Origin: Candidatus Poseidoniaceae archaeon
GTDB lineage: Archaea; Thermoplasmatota; Poseidoniia; Poseidoniales; Poseidoniaceae
Direction of reading: 5' to 3'
Assembly: GCA_965662895.1 (NCBI GenBank)
Contig: CBFIJH010000008.1
Span: 27,852-91,851, forward strand
Length of the DNA: 64,000 bases
Position numbers and translations under genes: made by a program
Shown: positions 18,414-28,520 of the stretch, in pieces
Layout of the letters: the number at the start of each line of letters is the position of its first letter
How positions within the stretch are numbered: position 1 is the stretch's first letter
The notes under the pieces: model-generated
What the model saw: the letters and a program-made list of their open reading frames with translations, nothing else
Databases searched by the model: none
Told to the model about the DNA's origin: nothing

Positions 18414-19655
18414 TTAGGCCCGTTTCATATGCATCGCTTTCTCAGCCATAAGATAGCCTTGTGTGAACATCATAATCAACCCAACAACGATGAATGAAAA
18501 ATTGAGCAGCCCTCTTCCAGAGGAGAGAGAACCTTCGATGGTCAAATCAAGAGAGAGACGATCAGCTTCTCCGTTTGCGTTGAATCCATGCATGTGGAGT
18601 GTATTGCCATCAATCGAAGCCGCAGTGGCTTGCAAGGGTAGAGGATAGCCGAGATTTTTCAAGGATGTTTCCGCGGTATCAACATCGACGCGCAGGATGG
18701 ATTCACTTCCCCGCTGGCCAAACAGCCAGGAGCGATCATGCTCAGCTTCGTAAACCATCGTCGTTGAGGAATAATCGAGAACTTGGACTGAATTGGTCGA
18801 GACGATGTAAAACTCTTCGTTGGTTGCTGCGACAGCACCTCCATCAACTGTGCGACTCAATGAATGAATTTCGCTTCCATTACCCATCATTTGGCGAAGA
18901 AATTGAGGCGCAGTTGTTGCATCTCCATCCCAGTAATAATGTGCGAGAACAACCTGAGATGACAGCAAGGCAGGACTTTGCGAGGACGATGTTTGCACGG
19001 AATACGTTCCAACCGCGAGGAACGTCGAATCCGCCAGGTAGATTACATCGTCCCAGATAACCGAATCTTGAATGGGGGCGCAAACTGTTACAATCGATTG
19101 GCCACTCCAACCTCGCAGACCAGAGCCACCATCCTCAGAGGTGATGAGCAGTCGATTTCTAATCATCGAAGATGTATCGGTTGCCAAACCGTTGATTCCG
19201 AATTCTGAACCGTACGTGTCATCCAACCGCATTTCAGATACTGCACCTTGGACATAGGTGGAGATGGTGTTTAATGAAGTTGAGAAGGTGACGACGCCTT
19301 CGTCATCAGCGGAAAAGAAAGTGATGTTGTCAATCGCTGGGTCGTTTGGTTCCAAGATGTGATCAATGTCGTCGCGCTCCATTTGCTGATACATCTCGAT
19401 GCCATTTGGTGTTTTCAAAACAGCACTATGCGCCTCCTCCCACTCGACATCATTGTGGTAGTAAATTTCAACCAGAAATTCCCCTTCTTCGAAAGCCAAA
19501 TCCTCGACAGGGTCAGTACCAAGCACCATTCCCTCAAGCGAACTTGTGCCTCCAAGGAGAAAGCCCCCAATGATAACGAAGACAAAAAACAAGCCAACTG
19601 CGAGCCATTGGTGTTCAGATTCTTCCTCGAGCAACTTCCTCCAGCCACTCGCCAT
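18414..19655 (-). CDS. Membrane protein with N- and C-terminal TM helices and a probable extracellular beta-propeller
   Basis: Two hydrophobic anchors flank an acidic beta-rich region. Confidence 0.6.
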   Translation of the reverse strand: MASGWRKLLEEESEHQWLAVGLFFVFVIIGGFLLGGTSSLEGMVLGTDPVEDLAFEEGEFLVEIYYHNDVEWEEAHSAVLKTPNGIEMYQQMERDDIDHILEPNDPAIDNITFFSADDEGVVTFSTSLNTISTYVQGAVSEMRLDDTYGSEFGINGLATDTSSMIRNRLLITSEDGGSGLRGWSGQSIVTVCAPIQDSVIWDDVIYLADSTFLAVGTYSVQTSSSQSPALLSSQVVLAHYYWDGDATTAPQFLRQMMGNGSEIHSLSRTVDGGAVAATNEEFYIVSTNSVQVLDYSSTTMVYEAEHDRSWLFGQRGSESILRVDVDTAETSLKNLGYPLPLQATAASIDGNTLHMHGFNANGEADRLSLDLTIEGSLSSGRGLLNFSFIVVGLIMMFTQGYLMAEKAMHMKRA

Positions 19656-19791
19656 GAAGTTCTGTAACAATTGAATGATTAAGTTCCTTCCCATCGATTC
19701 CAAGCAAATTTGCCTAACAATGGCTTAGCGGAAAGGCATCGGAGGGATGATAAAGGGAGCATCTGTCGGAGTGTTGCTTGGAGGATTGAAT

Positions 19792-20331
19792 ATGGCACGT
19801 AAGCCCGCATCCATGTATCGTCGACTCAAGGGACCAGCTTATACCCGACGCAAGTATATCGGCGGTGTTCCAAACAACCGAATTCTTGCATACCACTCCG
19901 GAAACCGACGCGCTGCAGAAACAGGCGGATTCCCGGTTGTCCTTGAACTCCGAGCGGACAACGACTGTCAAATCCGACACACCGCTCTTGAAGCTGCCCG
20001 TGTCATTTCGAACTCTACAATTCGTGACGCCGCTGGTGCACAAGGATATGCGCTCCGTGTCCACACCTACCCACACCACGTTCTCAGAGAAAACAAACAA
20101 GCAACAGGCGCTGGTGCTGACCGTGTATCTCAAGGAATGCGCTGTGCATTCGGAAAAAACGTAGGAACCGCAGCACGTGTTCGTCGAGGACAGCGAGTGA
20201 TCTCAATTCATTGCAACGCAGAGAATTACCTAAGTGCAAAAGATGCACTTCGCAAAGCAGGTATGAAGTTCCCAACACCAACGACAACCCGTGTTGTACG
20301 TGGTAAAGAACACCTCAAGGGACTTGTTTGA
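19792..20331 (+). CDS. rpl10e: 50S ribosomal protein uL16 (L10e)
   Basis: MARKPASMYR...QIRHTALEAAR...RENKQATGAGADRVSQGMR. Confidence 0.97.
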   Translation: MARKPASMYRRLKGPAYTRRKYIGGVPNNRILAYHSGNRRAAETGGFPVVLELRADNDCQIRHTALEAARVISNSTIRDAAGAQGYALRVHTYPHHVLRENKQATGAGADRVSQGMRCAFGKNVGTAARVRRGQRVISIHCNAENYLSAKDALRKAGMKFPTPTTTRVVRGKEHLKGLV

Positions 20332-20416
20332 CCAAGCCGTTCGTATCCATCTCCGGATGGTTCGACCATGCGAATGCTCATTGATGATGAAGTTCTGGAA
20401 GATTTGAGGTGAGTAC

Positions 20417-22198
20417 ATGCGGGTTGCTGTTCTGAAAGAAGACAATTGTCAGCCTAAGAAATGCAACGACGAATGTTTTCACTATTGTCCACCAGTTCGT
20501 AACGGCCAAGAATGCATTGTCATGGATGACAAGACGGGGAAACCCCACATTTCTGAATCATTGTGCATCGGTTGTGGAATTTGCATCAACAAATGCCCAC
20601 ATGACGCCTTAATCATTGAACAACTTCCTAGTGAACTTGAAACCGATATGATTCATCGATACAGTCTCAACGGTTTTCGATTGTTTCGTCTACCGACCCC
20701 AACCAAAGAGTCTGTGGTCGGAATTCTTGGCCCTAATGGAATGGGCAAATCGACCGCTTTCAACGCCTTAGCTGGGCGAATGACACCAAACCTCGGCGAT
20801 TGGTTGGACCAGAAGCCAGATTGGAACAACGTCATCGATGCTCTACCGAAAGGTGAGCTTCGAGACTTCTTCATTTCCGTTCGAGATGGAGGAATCAAGG
20901 TGGCACTCAAACCTCAGAACGTTGATCGTTTACCAAAACGTGTTCAAGGAACCGTCGAGGGACTTCTTCGAAAAGTCGATGAACGAAACATGTTCGATGA
21001 AATGACCAGTGCGTTGGGCATCGCTCATCTTCTCGATCGAACCGTTCAACAGTTGTCCGGTGGTGAATTGCAACGTATGGCAATATGTGCCACTATCTTG
21101 AGAGATGCTGACGTGTATTTCTTCGACGAACCGTCTTCATATCTCGATATCCATGAACGTATGAGAATCGTACGGATTATCCAAGAATTGGCTGAATCCA
21201 AACGCGTTATCGTCATCGAGCACGACCTCGCAGTGCTTGACGTTCTTGCAGATTTGGTCCACATCGTGTACGGAAAAAAAGGAGCCTTCGGAATCTTTAC
21301 TCCGGCTCGGTCAACCCGTACAGCCATCAATGCATACCTTGATGGCTTTCTGGTGGAAGAAAACGTACGAATTCGGGACAAACCAATTCGATTCCTCAAG
21401 CATCATGAACGAACGGCAGAAAAGGGAGGCATCGTTGTTCAATGGGGTGACCTCGGAAAAAAACTCGGAAACTTCGAACTTTCTACAGGAGAGGGGTCAG
21501 TCCATCGCTCAGAGGTTGTCGGTGTTGTTGGACCCAACGGTACGGGCAAATCGACGATGATCAAAATTCTTGCAGGTGAACATGAGTACGACAATGGTTG
21601 GGTAACAAACGAAGCAAGCGTTTCCTACAAACCGCAACACATTGACGTGGACATGGATTGTACCGTACAGATGTGGCTTGATAGTGAACTTGGTATGCGT
21701 TGGAGAAGTGGTGAGTTTAATGTCAACGTCATCCGAGCCTTGGGCGTTGACGAATTACTGCCAAAGCGCGTAAAAAAATTGTCGGGTGGAGAACGGCAAG
21801 CCGTCTCCATTGCGGTATGTCTTGGAAGAGAAGCCGATCTCTATCTGCTCGATGAGCCGTCAGCCCACCTTGATGCAAATGCCAGGATGGAAGCTGCGAA
21901 GGCAATACGCAGAACGATGGAGGCAAATGAAAAATCAGCTTTCGTCATCGATCACGATGTTTATTTTATCGATATTGTAAGCGACTCCTTGCTGGTCTTT
22001 GAAGGTCAAGGTGGTGTGCACGGCAAAGCCATGGGCCCCTATTCTTTACGGGATGGAATGAATCGATTCTTGAACGACGTCAATGTAACATTCCGTCGTG
22101 ATCATGATTCGAAACGACCAAGGATTAACAAATCTGAAAGTCGAAAAGACAGGGAACAACGCCAAGTCGGAGATTTTTACTCCTTTGACAGCAGATAG
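20417..22198 (+). CDS. rli: Ribosome-recycling ATPase ABCE1/RLI
   Basis: N-terminal 2x[4Fe-4S] (CQPKKC...CIGCGICINKCP) and two ABC domains (GPNGMGKST, GPNGTGKST, LSGGE). Confidence 0.97.
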   Translation: MRVAVLKEDNCQPKKCNDECFHYCPPVRNGQECIVMDDKTGKPHISESLCIGCGICINKCPHDALIIEQLPSELETDMIHRYSLNGFRLFRLPTPTKESVVGILGPNGMGKSTAFNALAGRMTPNLGDWLDQKPDWNNVIDALPKGELRDFFISVRDGGIKVALKPQNVDRLPKRVQGTVEGLLRKVDERNMFDEMTSALGIAHLLDRTVQQLSGGELQRMAICATILRDADVYFFDEPSSYLDIHERMRIVRIIQELAESKRVIVIEHDLAVLDVLADLVHIVYGKKGAFGIFTPARSTRTAINAYLDGFLVEENVRIRDKPIRFLKHHERTAEKGGIVVQWGDLGKKLGNFELSTGEGSVHRSEVVGVVGPNGTGKSTMIKILAGEHEYDNGWVTNEASVSYKPQHIDVDMDCTVQMWLDSELGMRWRSGEFNVNVIRALGVDELLPKRVKKLSGGERQAVSIAVCLGREADLYLLDEPSAHLDANARMEAAKAIRRTMEANEKSAFVIDHDVYFIDIVSDSLLVFEGQGGVHGKAMGPYSLRDGMNRFLNDVNVTFRRDHDSKRPRINKSESRKDREQRQVGDFYSFDSR

Positions 22199-22239
22199 AA
22201 CGTCAAGACGTCTAAAGACCACGAACATGTAGGGTTGCT

Positions 22240-24009
22240 ATGCCAGTCGGAGTTCCACCCAAAGGAGGGCCACTTGGTCGGAGTCGCTCAAGACTCTCTG
22301 CTTCTGGATTAACGACGTATCTTCGATGTCCACGGCAGTGGTACCTGACTCGAAAGGTTGGTCTTTCATCCCCATCATCCATAGGACAAGTCACTGGATT
22401 GGTCATTGAGGATGCGCTTTGCCGAGTGCTGATGCATCGACCGGGAGCCATGGAATCATTGGATGAACTTCGAAGATGGGCTCATGAATTGTGCGAAATA
22501 GAGGCTCAGAAGGCATGGGAAGAAGGAGAAGAGGCATGGTCCAATCGATTGTGGAAGCGAGGCGATTCAGATTGGGCAACGGTTGAAGTCGATGATTACA
22601 ATCGAAAGATTCGGAACGGTGTAGATTTATTCTTAGAAGAGGTTGAAGCATGTTTCAAACAAAACGGAGGACCATATCTCGAACATTTCCGATCAGGGAG
22701 ATCTCCATTCAAGATTCCTGCACCTGCATGGGGAGAAATCCCAAAATTTCCAGTTCCAGAGAAGGTTCGTTCATTGGAAGCAAGGGATTGGTCCATCGAA
22801 CATTCGTTTGTTTGGCAAACGAATGGAGAACCCATCCATTGGAACGAGGCATGGGAGGTTGCCCGACCATGGTTCAAGGACCCACGTGTTCACCAACCAC
22901 AACGAATGTTTCATCCCGATGGATGGGCTGCTGGCGAATTGGACTTGGTCATTCGATGGGACGGTACGATTCGGCTTGTTGACATCAAATCAGGACACTC
23001 CGGTTCTTCGTTCGCTGAAAGCCTCCAACATCAACTCCGGTTTTACGCATGGTTATGGTCAAGAACAAACGAATCGGGAACGATTCAGAATATGGAAGGA
23101 TGGTACCTCTCAAGCCGTGAGCGAATCGATTACAGTGCTCCGAGTGAAAAAGAACTTGCATCAATGGATCAAGAATTTCTTGACATTCATCAACAAATGA
23201 ATTCAATGGGGAATGGAGCATCATTGCTACCGGGGAAGCCATCAGATGTACAAGCCGATCATCTCCATGCATGTTCAGGGGAAGCTGCTGGTTGCAGTTG
23301 GTGCGCTGTTTCTGAAGAGAATCTCGAGCATGCTGGACCGATGAACGAAGAAACCCGAAAGATGATGTTGGAAGGTGTTGAGCCTCAGTCCCCGTGTTTG
23401 CCGTTTTCCCAAATTCCATCACGAGTGGACGTTTCGGGGGAACTCATTGCCCAATGGGGACCGCTTCCGAACCACTTCAATGAACCTGTTCTTGGTGCGA
23501 TGCTGAAGGCCGGTGAAACAACCATAGCCATCGAAGAGGCAGAACCTGGCGCGTTTCCGAATCTTCATGCGTCCAAAAGTACGGACGTTGTCGTGCGAAA
23601 TGCTTTACCAGGCGTATGGAGAGACCAACCACGCTTGTACGTCGATTCAGCGTCAGAAATTGTCCCAAAGGAGGAGGCAAATCAACCCAGCACACGACTG
23701 GGTCTTTTACGCACACGTGCCAATGCGGAAGGGATTGTTCTCTCCATTCGTCAACAACGTGGAAACCGTCTTGATGGTCGACCATGGTCCATGCTCGCAT
23801 TTCACCTCTGGGATGGTCACCATGTTGTCGAGGTTGTTGCTTTTGGCTCTGCCATAAGTGAACGTCTCCTCAATCTACAACCGGGCAAGAGGATACGACT
23901 GATTGGTGCAGAATTGGGATGGCGTGCAGGTTTGGTTCAACTGCGAATCGATGTTCGTAAAACCAGGATCGAATTGCCAGGCCTTTCGTTTTCATCCAAG
24001 ACTATTTGA
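22240..24009 (+). CDS. PD-(D/E)xK (Cas4/AddB/RecB-like) nuclease fused to C-terminal OB folds, paralog 1
   Basis: RLSAS..YLRCPRQW; GELDL...VDIKSG; QLRFY; distal Cys C..C-x2-C; C-terminal RPA-type OB fold (LWDG..VEVVAFG..LQPGKRIRL). Confidence 0.85.
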   Translation: MPVGVPPKGGPLGRSRSRLSASGLTTYLRCPRQWYLTRKVGLSSPSSIGQVTGLVIEDALCRVLMHRPGAMESLDELRRWAHELCEIEAQKAWEEGEEAWSNRLWKRGDSDWATVEVDDYNRKIRNGVDLFLEEVEACFKQNGGPYLEHFRSGRSPFKIPAPAWGEIPKFPVPEKVRSLEARDWSIEHSFVWQTNGEPIHWNEAWEVARPWFKDPRVHQPQRMFHPDGWAAGELDLVIRWDGTIRLVDIKSGHSGSSFAESLQHQLRFYAWLWSRTNESGTIQNMEGWYLSSRERIDYSAPSEKELASMDQEFLDIHQQMNSMGNGASLLPGKPSDVQADHLHACSGEAAGCSWCAVSEENLEHAGPMNEETRKMMLEGVEPQSPCLPFSQIPSRVDVSGELIAQWGPLPNHFNEPVLGAMLKAGETTIAIEEAEPGAFPNLHASKSTDVVVRNALPGVWRDQPRLYVDSASEIVPKEEANQPSTRLGLLRTRANAEGIVLSIRQQRGNRLDGRPWSMLAFHLWDGHHVVEVVAFGSAISERLLNLQPGKRIRLIGAELGWRAGLVQLRIDVRKTRIELPGLSFSSKTI

Positions 24010-24033
24010 GGGGTCGATACCAGTGGTGATTCT

Positions 24034-25854
24034 ATGCCTGTCCGATTACCAAATCCTGACCTAGATTTTGTTGGCCAATACAACAGATTATCGGCAAGCC
24101 AAGTGAATACCTGGAAGGCTTGCCCCCGACTTTGGTACTACGAAAAAGTGCGACGGTTCGTCATGCCTCAGATTCCAATTCTCTATGTGGGTCGTGCTGT
24201 TGAAGAGGCCATCTGCAAGACGCTCAAAGAATCGCCTGCCCTGCTTGTTGCAAATGCTCCAGCCGATATCTATGCACCAACTCCACTTGATGAAACTGGA
24301 CGCCCAGATCGAGAATTTAGGAACAAATGGCCTGCTGAACAATTGCTGACTCTTCCAGAATCAAAATGGCCAAGGAACGAACAGGACCTGCACGGGTGGG
24401 CAAATCGACGCGTACTCACACATCTTGCGGTTAGTCTTGAAGCGATGCGTTTGGAATGGTCGAAACACGATCGGAAATCGGGTGATTGGGAGACTGATGT
24501 CGATATCGAACGATGTGAAATGATGGCAACAAATGGAATCCAAATGCACATGCATGAAGTCGTCGCATGTTTTGAAACAATCAGTGAGAAGGAACTTGAT
24601 GCATGGAGAGCTGGTCATCGCTATCAGTGGCCAGCACCGGATGGCCGAGGCTATTCGTTGGATTCGCACCCACTTTCTCAAGCAGGCCCAATAACGTTGA
24701 TTGAAGCATGGGAAATTGCTCGGCCGTGGTTTGTTGACCCTGATGCCAAGCCTTTCATGATGAATGCAGTTCACCCCGAACACTGGTTTCAAGGGGAGTA
24801 TGACCTTGTTTATCGATGGGGTTTCAAAAACAAAATTGTCGATATCAAAGCCTCACTTGGGAATTCGGACCGATCCGGTGATTATGTCGAGCAATTGCGC
24901 ATGTATGCCTATCTTTGGTGGGTGACGAATGAAGGCGAACCAGTCGATGGCCTCGAAATATGGTACTTGGCTGCAAATGCGATCAAGGACGTTGAGATTC
25001 CACCAGAAGATGAATTGAAACTTCTTGGAACCGAATTGAAATCGCTTTGGTCTGTGTTACGGGAAGAAACTCCGACCATCGATCGATGTCCGCCCAACCC
25101 TGCACCAATGCGCTCGTTCGGCCCGGGAGGTGTGCCGTCGAAGAAACCGCCCACCAAAAGTCGCTGTGAACGGTGCGATTGGTCGCATATTTGTCCGAAT
25201 GGTGAATTCACAGAGAAGCATCCAAACGGCGGATCTTTTCACTTGCCGGGTACGGTTGCTGAAACCGAGGCAACACCTCTTGCCTCAATACAAACCCGAC
25301 ACACGGTGACGGGGCAAGTCCATGCTATCGTCAATGGTCGGCAGCCAAAAGTGACCATTTCAGAAGGAAATTCTGCCTTCGCAGACGTGCAAATCAAGGC
25401 ATCCGAATACAAAGATGGAGGGCCAACGGTTCCCGAGGACTTGAAAAAAGGAGACTTTGTTTGTGTTGAAAACGCATTTTTTCAGGTCAATTACAAAGGT
25501 GCGCTCATACTGAAGGTTGATCCATTTGCTCGAATTGTTCGATTGAACGAAGGTGATGAGAACATCTCTCTTCACACCCCGCGTGCACGGTGGAATGTCA
25601 CCGGAACGGTTGTCTATAGAACAGAGAAGAGAGGTGTTTCTGCTCGGGGCGATTGGTGCCGAAAAGGCTTGATGTTAATGGATGAATTCGGTTCCATGAA
25701 AATTGAAGGGTGGCAAGCAGATTGGGGCGCGCAATACGACATGCTGAAACCCGGAGACAAGGTATTCATCACCAACATTGGTATCGATGGATGGGCAGCG
25801 TCGACGCGAGGCGAAATCTATCGCACTTCACGTCTCCATATTCTCCATGACTAG
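24034..25854 (+). CDS. PD-(D/E)xK (Cas4/AddB/RecB-like) nuclease fused to C-terminal OB folds, paralog 2
   Basis: RLSASQ..WKACPRLW; GEYDL..IVDIKAS; QLRMY; CERCDWSHIC; two OB-like C-terminal domains (LKKGDFV.., LMDEFGS..W..LKPGDKV). Confidence 0.85.
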   Translation: MPVRLPNPDLDFVGQYNRLSASQVNTWKACPRLWYYEKVRRFVMPQIPILYVGRAVEEAICKTLKESPALLVANAPADIYAPTPLDETGRPDREFRNKWPAEQLLTLPESKWPRNEQDLHGWANRRVLTHLAVSLEAMRLEWSKHDRKSGDWETDVDIERCEMMATNGIQMHMHEVVACFETISEKELDAWRAGHRYQWPAPDGRGYSLDSHPLSQAGPITLIEAWEIARPWFVDPDAKPFMMNAVHPEHWFQGEYDLVYRWGFKNKIVDIKASLGNSDRSGDYVEQLRMYAYLWWVTNEGEPVDGLEIWYLAANAIKDVEIPPEDELKLLGTELKSLWSVLREETPTIDRCPPNPAPMRSFGPGGVPSKKPPTKSRCERCDWSHICPNGEFTEKHPNGGSFHLPGTVAETEATPLASIQTRHTVTGQVHAIVNGRQPKVTISEGNSAFADVQIKASEYKDGGPTVPEDLKKGDFVCVENAFFQVNYKGALILKVDPFARIVRLNEGDENISLHTPRARWNVTGTVVYRTEKRGVSARGDWCRKGLMLMDEFGSMKIEGWQADWGAQYDMLKPGDKVFITNIGIDGWAASTRGEIYRTSRLHILHD

Positions 25855-26051
25855 CCTCCCGATGAGACTGTCGTAACCAAGAGACGAATATCTGAATGCA
25901 GAACTGTGCTATGAGGAAGTATTCGTTCTTCAAAACTGACTACAACCGTCGACGGAAGTATTCCTGCAAGTTCGAGTGCAGTTCGAATCGTTTGAGGAGG
26001 TTCCATGTCGATGCTGCAATTATGATCCCGTCCGTGAAAGGTCACCTGCAT
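25851..26051 (-). CDS. Ubiquitin-like beta-grasp protein (ThiS/MoaD/SAMP family)
   Basis: 66 aa, ends VSSGG. Confidence 0.85.
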   Translation of the reverse strand: MQVTFHGRDHNCSIDMEPPQTIRTALELAGILPSTVVVSFEERILPHSTVLHSDIRLLVTTVSSGG

Positions 26052-26105
26052 AACATGGACTGTGAAGCATCACGCTTATGACGGTGGCGCACAGGCGACA
26101 AACAA

Positions 26106-26188
26106 GCCGAGATCGCATAGCCCGGTATTGCGGTGGATTCGAAATCCACTGTCCCTTGGACGCGGGGGTTCAAATCCCTCTCTCGGCG
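26106..26188 (+). tRNA. tRNA-Ser(CGA)
   Basis: Acceptor stem GCCGAGA/TCTCGGC with discriminator G; anticodon arm GTGGA-TTCGAAA-TCCAC; long variable arm; T loop GGTTCAAATCC. Confidence 0.95.
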
Positions 26189-26189
26189 C

Positions 26190-26942
26190 CTAAATGTAGA
26201 ACGCATCAGGCTCTTCCATTAGTTCACGAACATGGTCAGTTGTTGCTGAAGGTGCCAACTCACTTAGTTTTGAGAGAAGTGCTGAGGTTGTATTTACAGG
26301 TAATTGAAGTTTCAAATCCCACCCTTTGTTGATAAATTCCAATAGCCGAATTGATGCATGAACATCGCCACTCGCACCGACTGTTGTGGCCATTGCACAC
26401 ACTGATTTGATTCCAAACATTGGTGCGAGTGATGCCATAAGTGCAGACATTCCAATTGCACCGCCCATGGGTTGATCTCGACGAACATCAACACCTCGTT
26501 CTTCCAAATCAACTCGATGGGAGGAAGATGTTGCAACTACAAACGCTTCCTTGACCTCAGGAGTTGACATTAGACCGGCAAGAACAATCAGTTCGTTCAT
26601 GTTGGATGTTGAAAATTGCTTCAATAACTCTGTCGTAAAATCATACTGCGAATTGGATTCCGATGGTTGCCCACGACCGGTTATGGTGAGGATGTTCGCT
26701 CCGCTTTGTGCTTCAATTCGATGTGCAACAAGATGAGGAGGTGCGAGTAAACCATCCTCATCCAAACGCGCCAAAGGCGTAAGTCCAGGATGGATGAATC
26801 GAGCTTCAAGAGTTGCTTGGTTCGCTTCGTTCAACAATTCAATCGCATTTTTTCCAACATCACCAACGCCAGGAAGGGCGAACAGAACCAAATCGACATT
26901 CTCGAGTGCTTCTTTTCCAATGGCATCAACAAGGAGTGTCAT
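26190..26942 (-). CDS. PAC2-family proteasome assembly chaperone
   Basis: LPGVGDVGK and GGAIGMSAL motifs; conserved position after nop10. Confidence 0.9.
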   Translation of the reverse strand: MTLLVDAIGKEALENVDLVLFALPGVGDVGKNAIELLNEANQATLEARFIHPGLTPLARLDEDGLLAPPHLVAHRIEAQSGANILTITGRGQPSESNSQYDFTTELLKQFSTSNMNELIVLAGLMSTPEVKEAFVVATSSSHRVDLEERGVDVRRDQPMGGAIGMSALMASLAPMFGIKSVCAMATTVGASGDVHASIRLLEFINKGWDLKLQLPVNTTSALLSKLSELAPSATTDHVRELMEEPDAFYI

Positions 26943-27002
26943 GTATCCTTTACGCTCTCTTGAAGGGGTATAATGTTTGATGAAGAATGAACCAGAATAG
27001 TC

Positions 27003-27254
27003 TCATTCTTCTTCTTGTTTTTGTGAACCAATCCGCATTTCTTCAATCGATGGAAGTGTTGGAATCGTTTGGGCCCAATCCGGAGACTCAACGTTGTTGA
27101 GTTGCCGTCGAACGTTCGATCTATGGTCTTCGGGCGACCATTTCAATGGGGCGGCAGCTTGTGCTTTCCCGCCACACTGAGGACAGGTTGTTTCCAAACA
27201 CCATGCTCCGCAATCGATGCATTGTTGCAGAAGTTGTCGCGGCATTTGGCTCAC
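27003..27254 (-). CDS. nop10: H/ACA RNP protein Nop10
   Basis: C..CG..L..CP.CGG....P.KWSPED. Confidence 0.9.
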   Translation of the reverse strand: MSQMPRQLLQQCIDCGAWCLETTCPQCGGKAQAAAPLKWSPEDHRSNVRRQLNNVESPDWAQTIPTLPSIEEMRIGSQKQEEE

Positions 27255-28039
27255 TCCCTGTAGGAATCGGCGGTACCACCTGCACCTTCGATAACCGAAA
27301 CGACTGCTTCAATCGAGGATGTCCAGGTATCCTCTGCAGTCTTGAAATCTGGTGCTCGCATTTCAATCCGATATTCAGGGGCACCATTGTAGTAGCAGCG
27401 AACTTCGATTTCATCTTCTTCAGAGGAAATCTTCTCCGCAGCAAGAAGTGCATCACGAATGGTTTCAACGCCGTTGTTGGTCTCAACCTTAAGCGTTAAA
27501 ATTCCTCGAATTTCAACAAATGGAGGGATGATGTTCTCAACAGATAAGTCGATGAAAGGTTGGATCCAATCGCCTTCAAAACCCGCATCAATGATTGAAC
27601 CTTCCTGCATGGCTGCTTCTTCGAAAGCACCGTACAACGTCTCGAAAACTTCTGTCAACTCTTGTTGAAGTTCGGACGCAAAATCGGCTTCCCATTTTTG
27701 TGATTCTGAAAGCACTTTGAACAATTGAAGAGCTCGTTGTTCATTTTTCCACTGTTGGAGTCGATCTCTACGTCGCTCTTCAGAGACGGACTTTAGCGAG
27801 AGTTTGAGTGAACTCCCGTCTCTTCGGCTTGGCATGACTTTGCAAACAAGTCGTTGCCCTTCTCGTACAAATCGTCGAATGTTCTTGATCCAACCGCTGG
27901 CAATTTCTCCAATGAAGATGAACCCATCAACGCCTTCGTACTCATCGAGAGATACATCCGCACCGTTTTGTTTGACACTGTGAACCGTGACAACAACAAG
28001 TTCTCCCTCTTCCGGGTAGACGAGGTCGGTTTTTGACAT
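27251..28039 (-). CDS. eif2a: Translation initiation factor 2 alpha subunit
   Basis: YPEEGELVV S1 domain, EIASGWIKNIR, GAPEYRI. Confidence 0.95.
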   Translation of the reverse strand: MSKTDLVYPEEGELVVVTVHSVKQNGADVSLDEYEGVDGFIFIGEIASGWIKNIRRFVREGQRLVCKVMPSRRDGSSLKLSLKSVSEERRRDRLQQWKNEQRALQLFKVLSESQKWEADFASELQQELTEVFETLYGAFEEAAMQEGSIIDAGFEGDWIQPFIDLSVENIIPPFVEIRGILTLKVETNNGVETIRDALLAAEKISSEEDEIEVRCYYNGAPEYRIEMRAPDFKTAEDTWTSSIEAVVSVIEGAGGTADSYRE

Positions 28040-28054
28040 GGAGGCTCAGCCTCC

Positions 28055-28225
28055 TCATTCCAACGTTTCAAGGACTGTGCAGCCAACGAGTTCGGCTTTA
28101 CCACCAGATGGACTGGTCAACGTTGCACCACAGACATTGCAAGAAATGACTGTCGTGGCTCTTGAGAAGAGGACTGTTTCGTTGCCGCAATCTTTGCATG
28201 AGACTTTCATAAATTCGCCAGACAT
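28055..28225 (-). CDS. rps27e: 30S ribosomal protein eS27
   Basis: FMKVSCKDCGNETVLFSRA...CNVCG...PSGGKA. Confidence 0.95.
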   Translation of the reverse strand: MSGEFMKVSCKDCGNETVLFSRATTVISCNVCGATLTSPSGGKAELVGCTVLETLE

Positions 28226-28235
28226 TTTATTCACC

Positions 28236-28520
28236 TCATCGATCAACAAGTTCGAACTTCTTTGCTCGCTTGCATGGTGCGTAGTGAGCCTTTCCGGTCT
28301 CAGTGCAACGGTAGAGAATGTTCACGCGCTTTGTCGGCTTTTCACGGCCGTCTGGCTTAGGACGTGGGAAACCACGGTACCCACGCATGACCTTACGGAA
28401 ACGTCGCTGACCCCAGCGGAGTTCAGAGGCGCGCTTCTTCTTGACGCGCTCGACTGTATGCAGCGTGTGCTTACCTGCTGATGGGCTGTAACGCATAATT
28501 TGACGTGGCATCTTGACCAT
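28236..28520 (-). CDS. rpl44e: 50S ribosomal protein eL42 (L44e)
   Basis: MVKMP...HT.H.V...GQRRF...GY.GFPRP...KPTK. Confidence 0.95.
   Translation of the reverse strand: MVKMPRQIMRYSPSAGKHTLHTVERVKKKRASELRWGQRRFRKVMRGYRGFPRPKPDGREKPTKRVNILYRCTETGKAHYAPCKRAKKFELVDR

Noticed and set aside
22240-25854. CRISPR-Cas locus suggested by the Cas4-like nucleases
   Set aside because: No cas1/cas2 and no repeat-spacer array in the window; the proteins are about three times Cas4 length
26106-26190. tRNA as an integration site (att)
   Set aside because: No duplicated tRNA 3' end or integrase seen; both flanks are housekeeping genes
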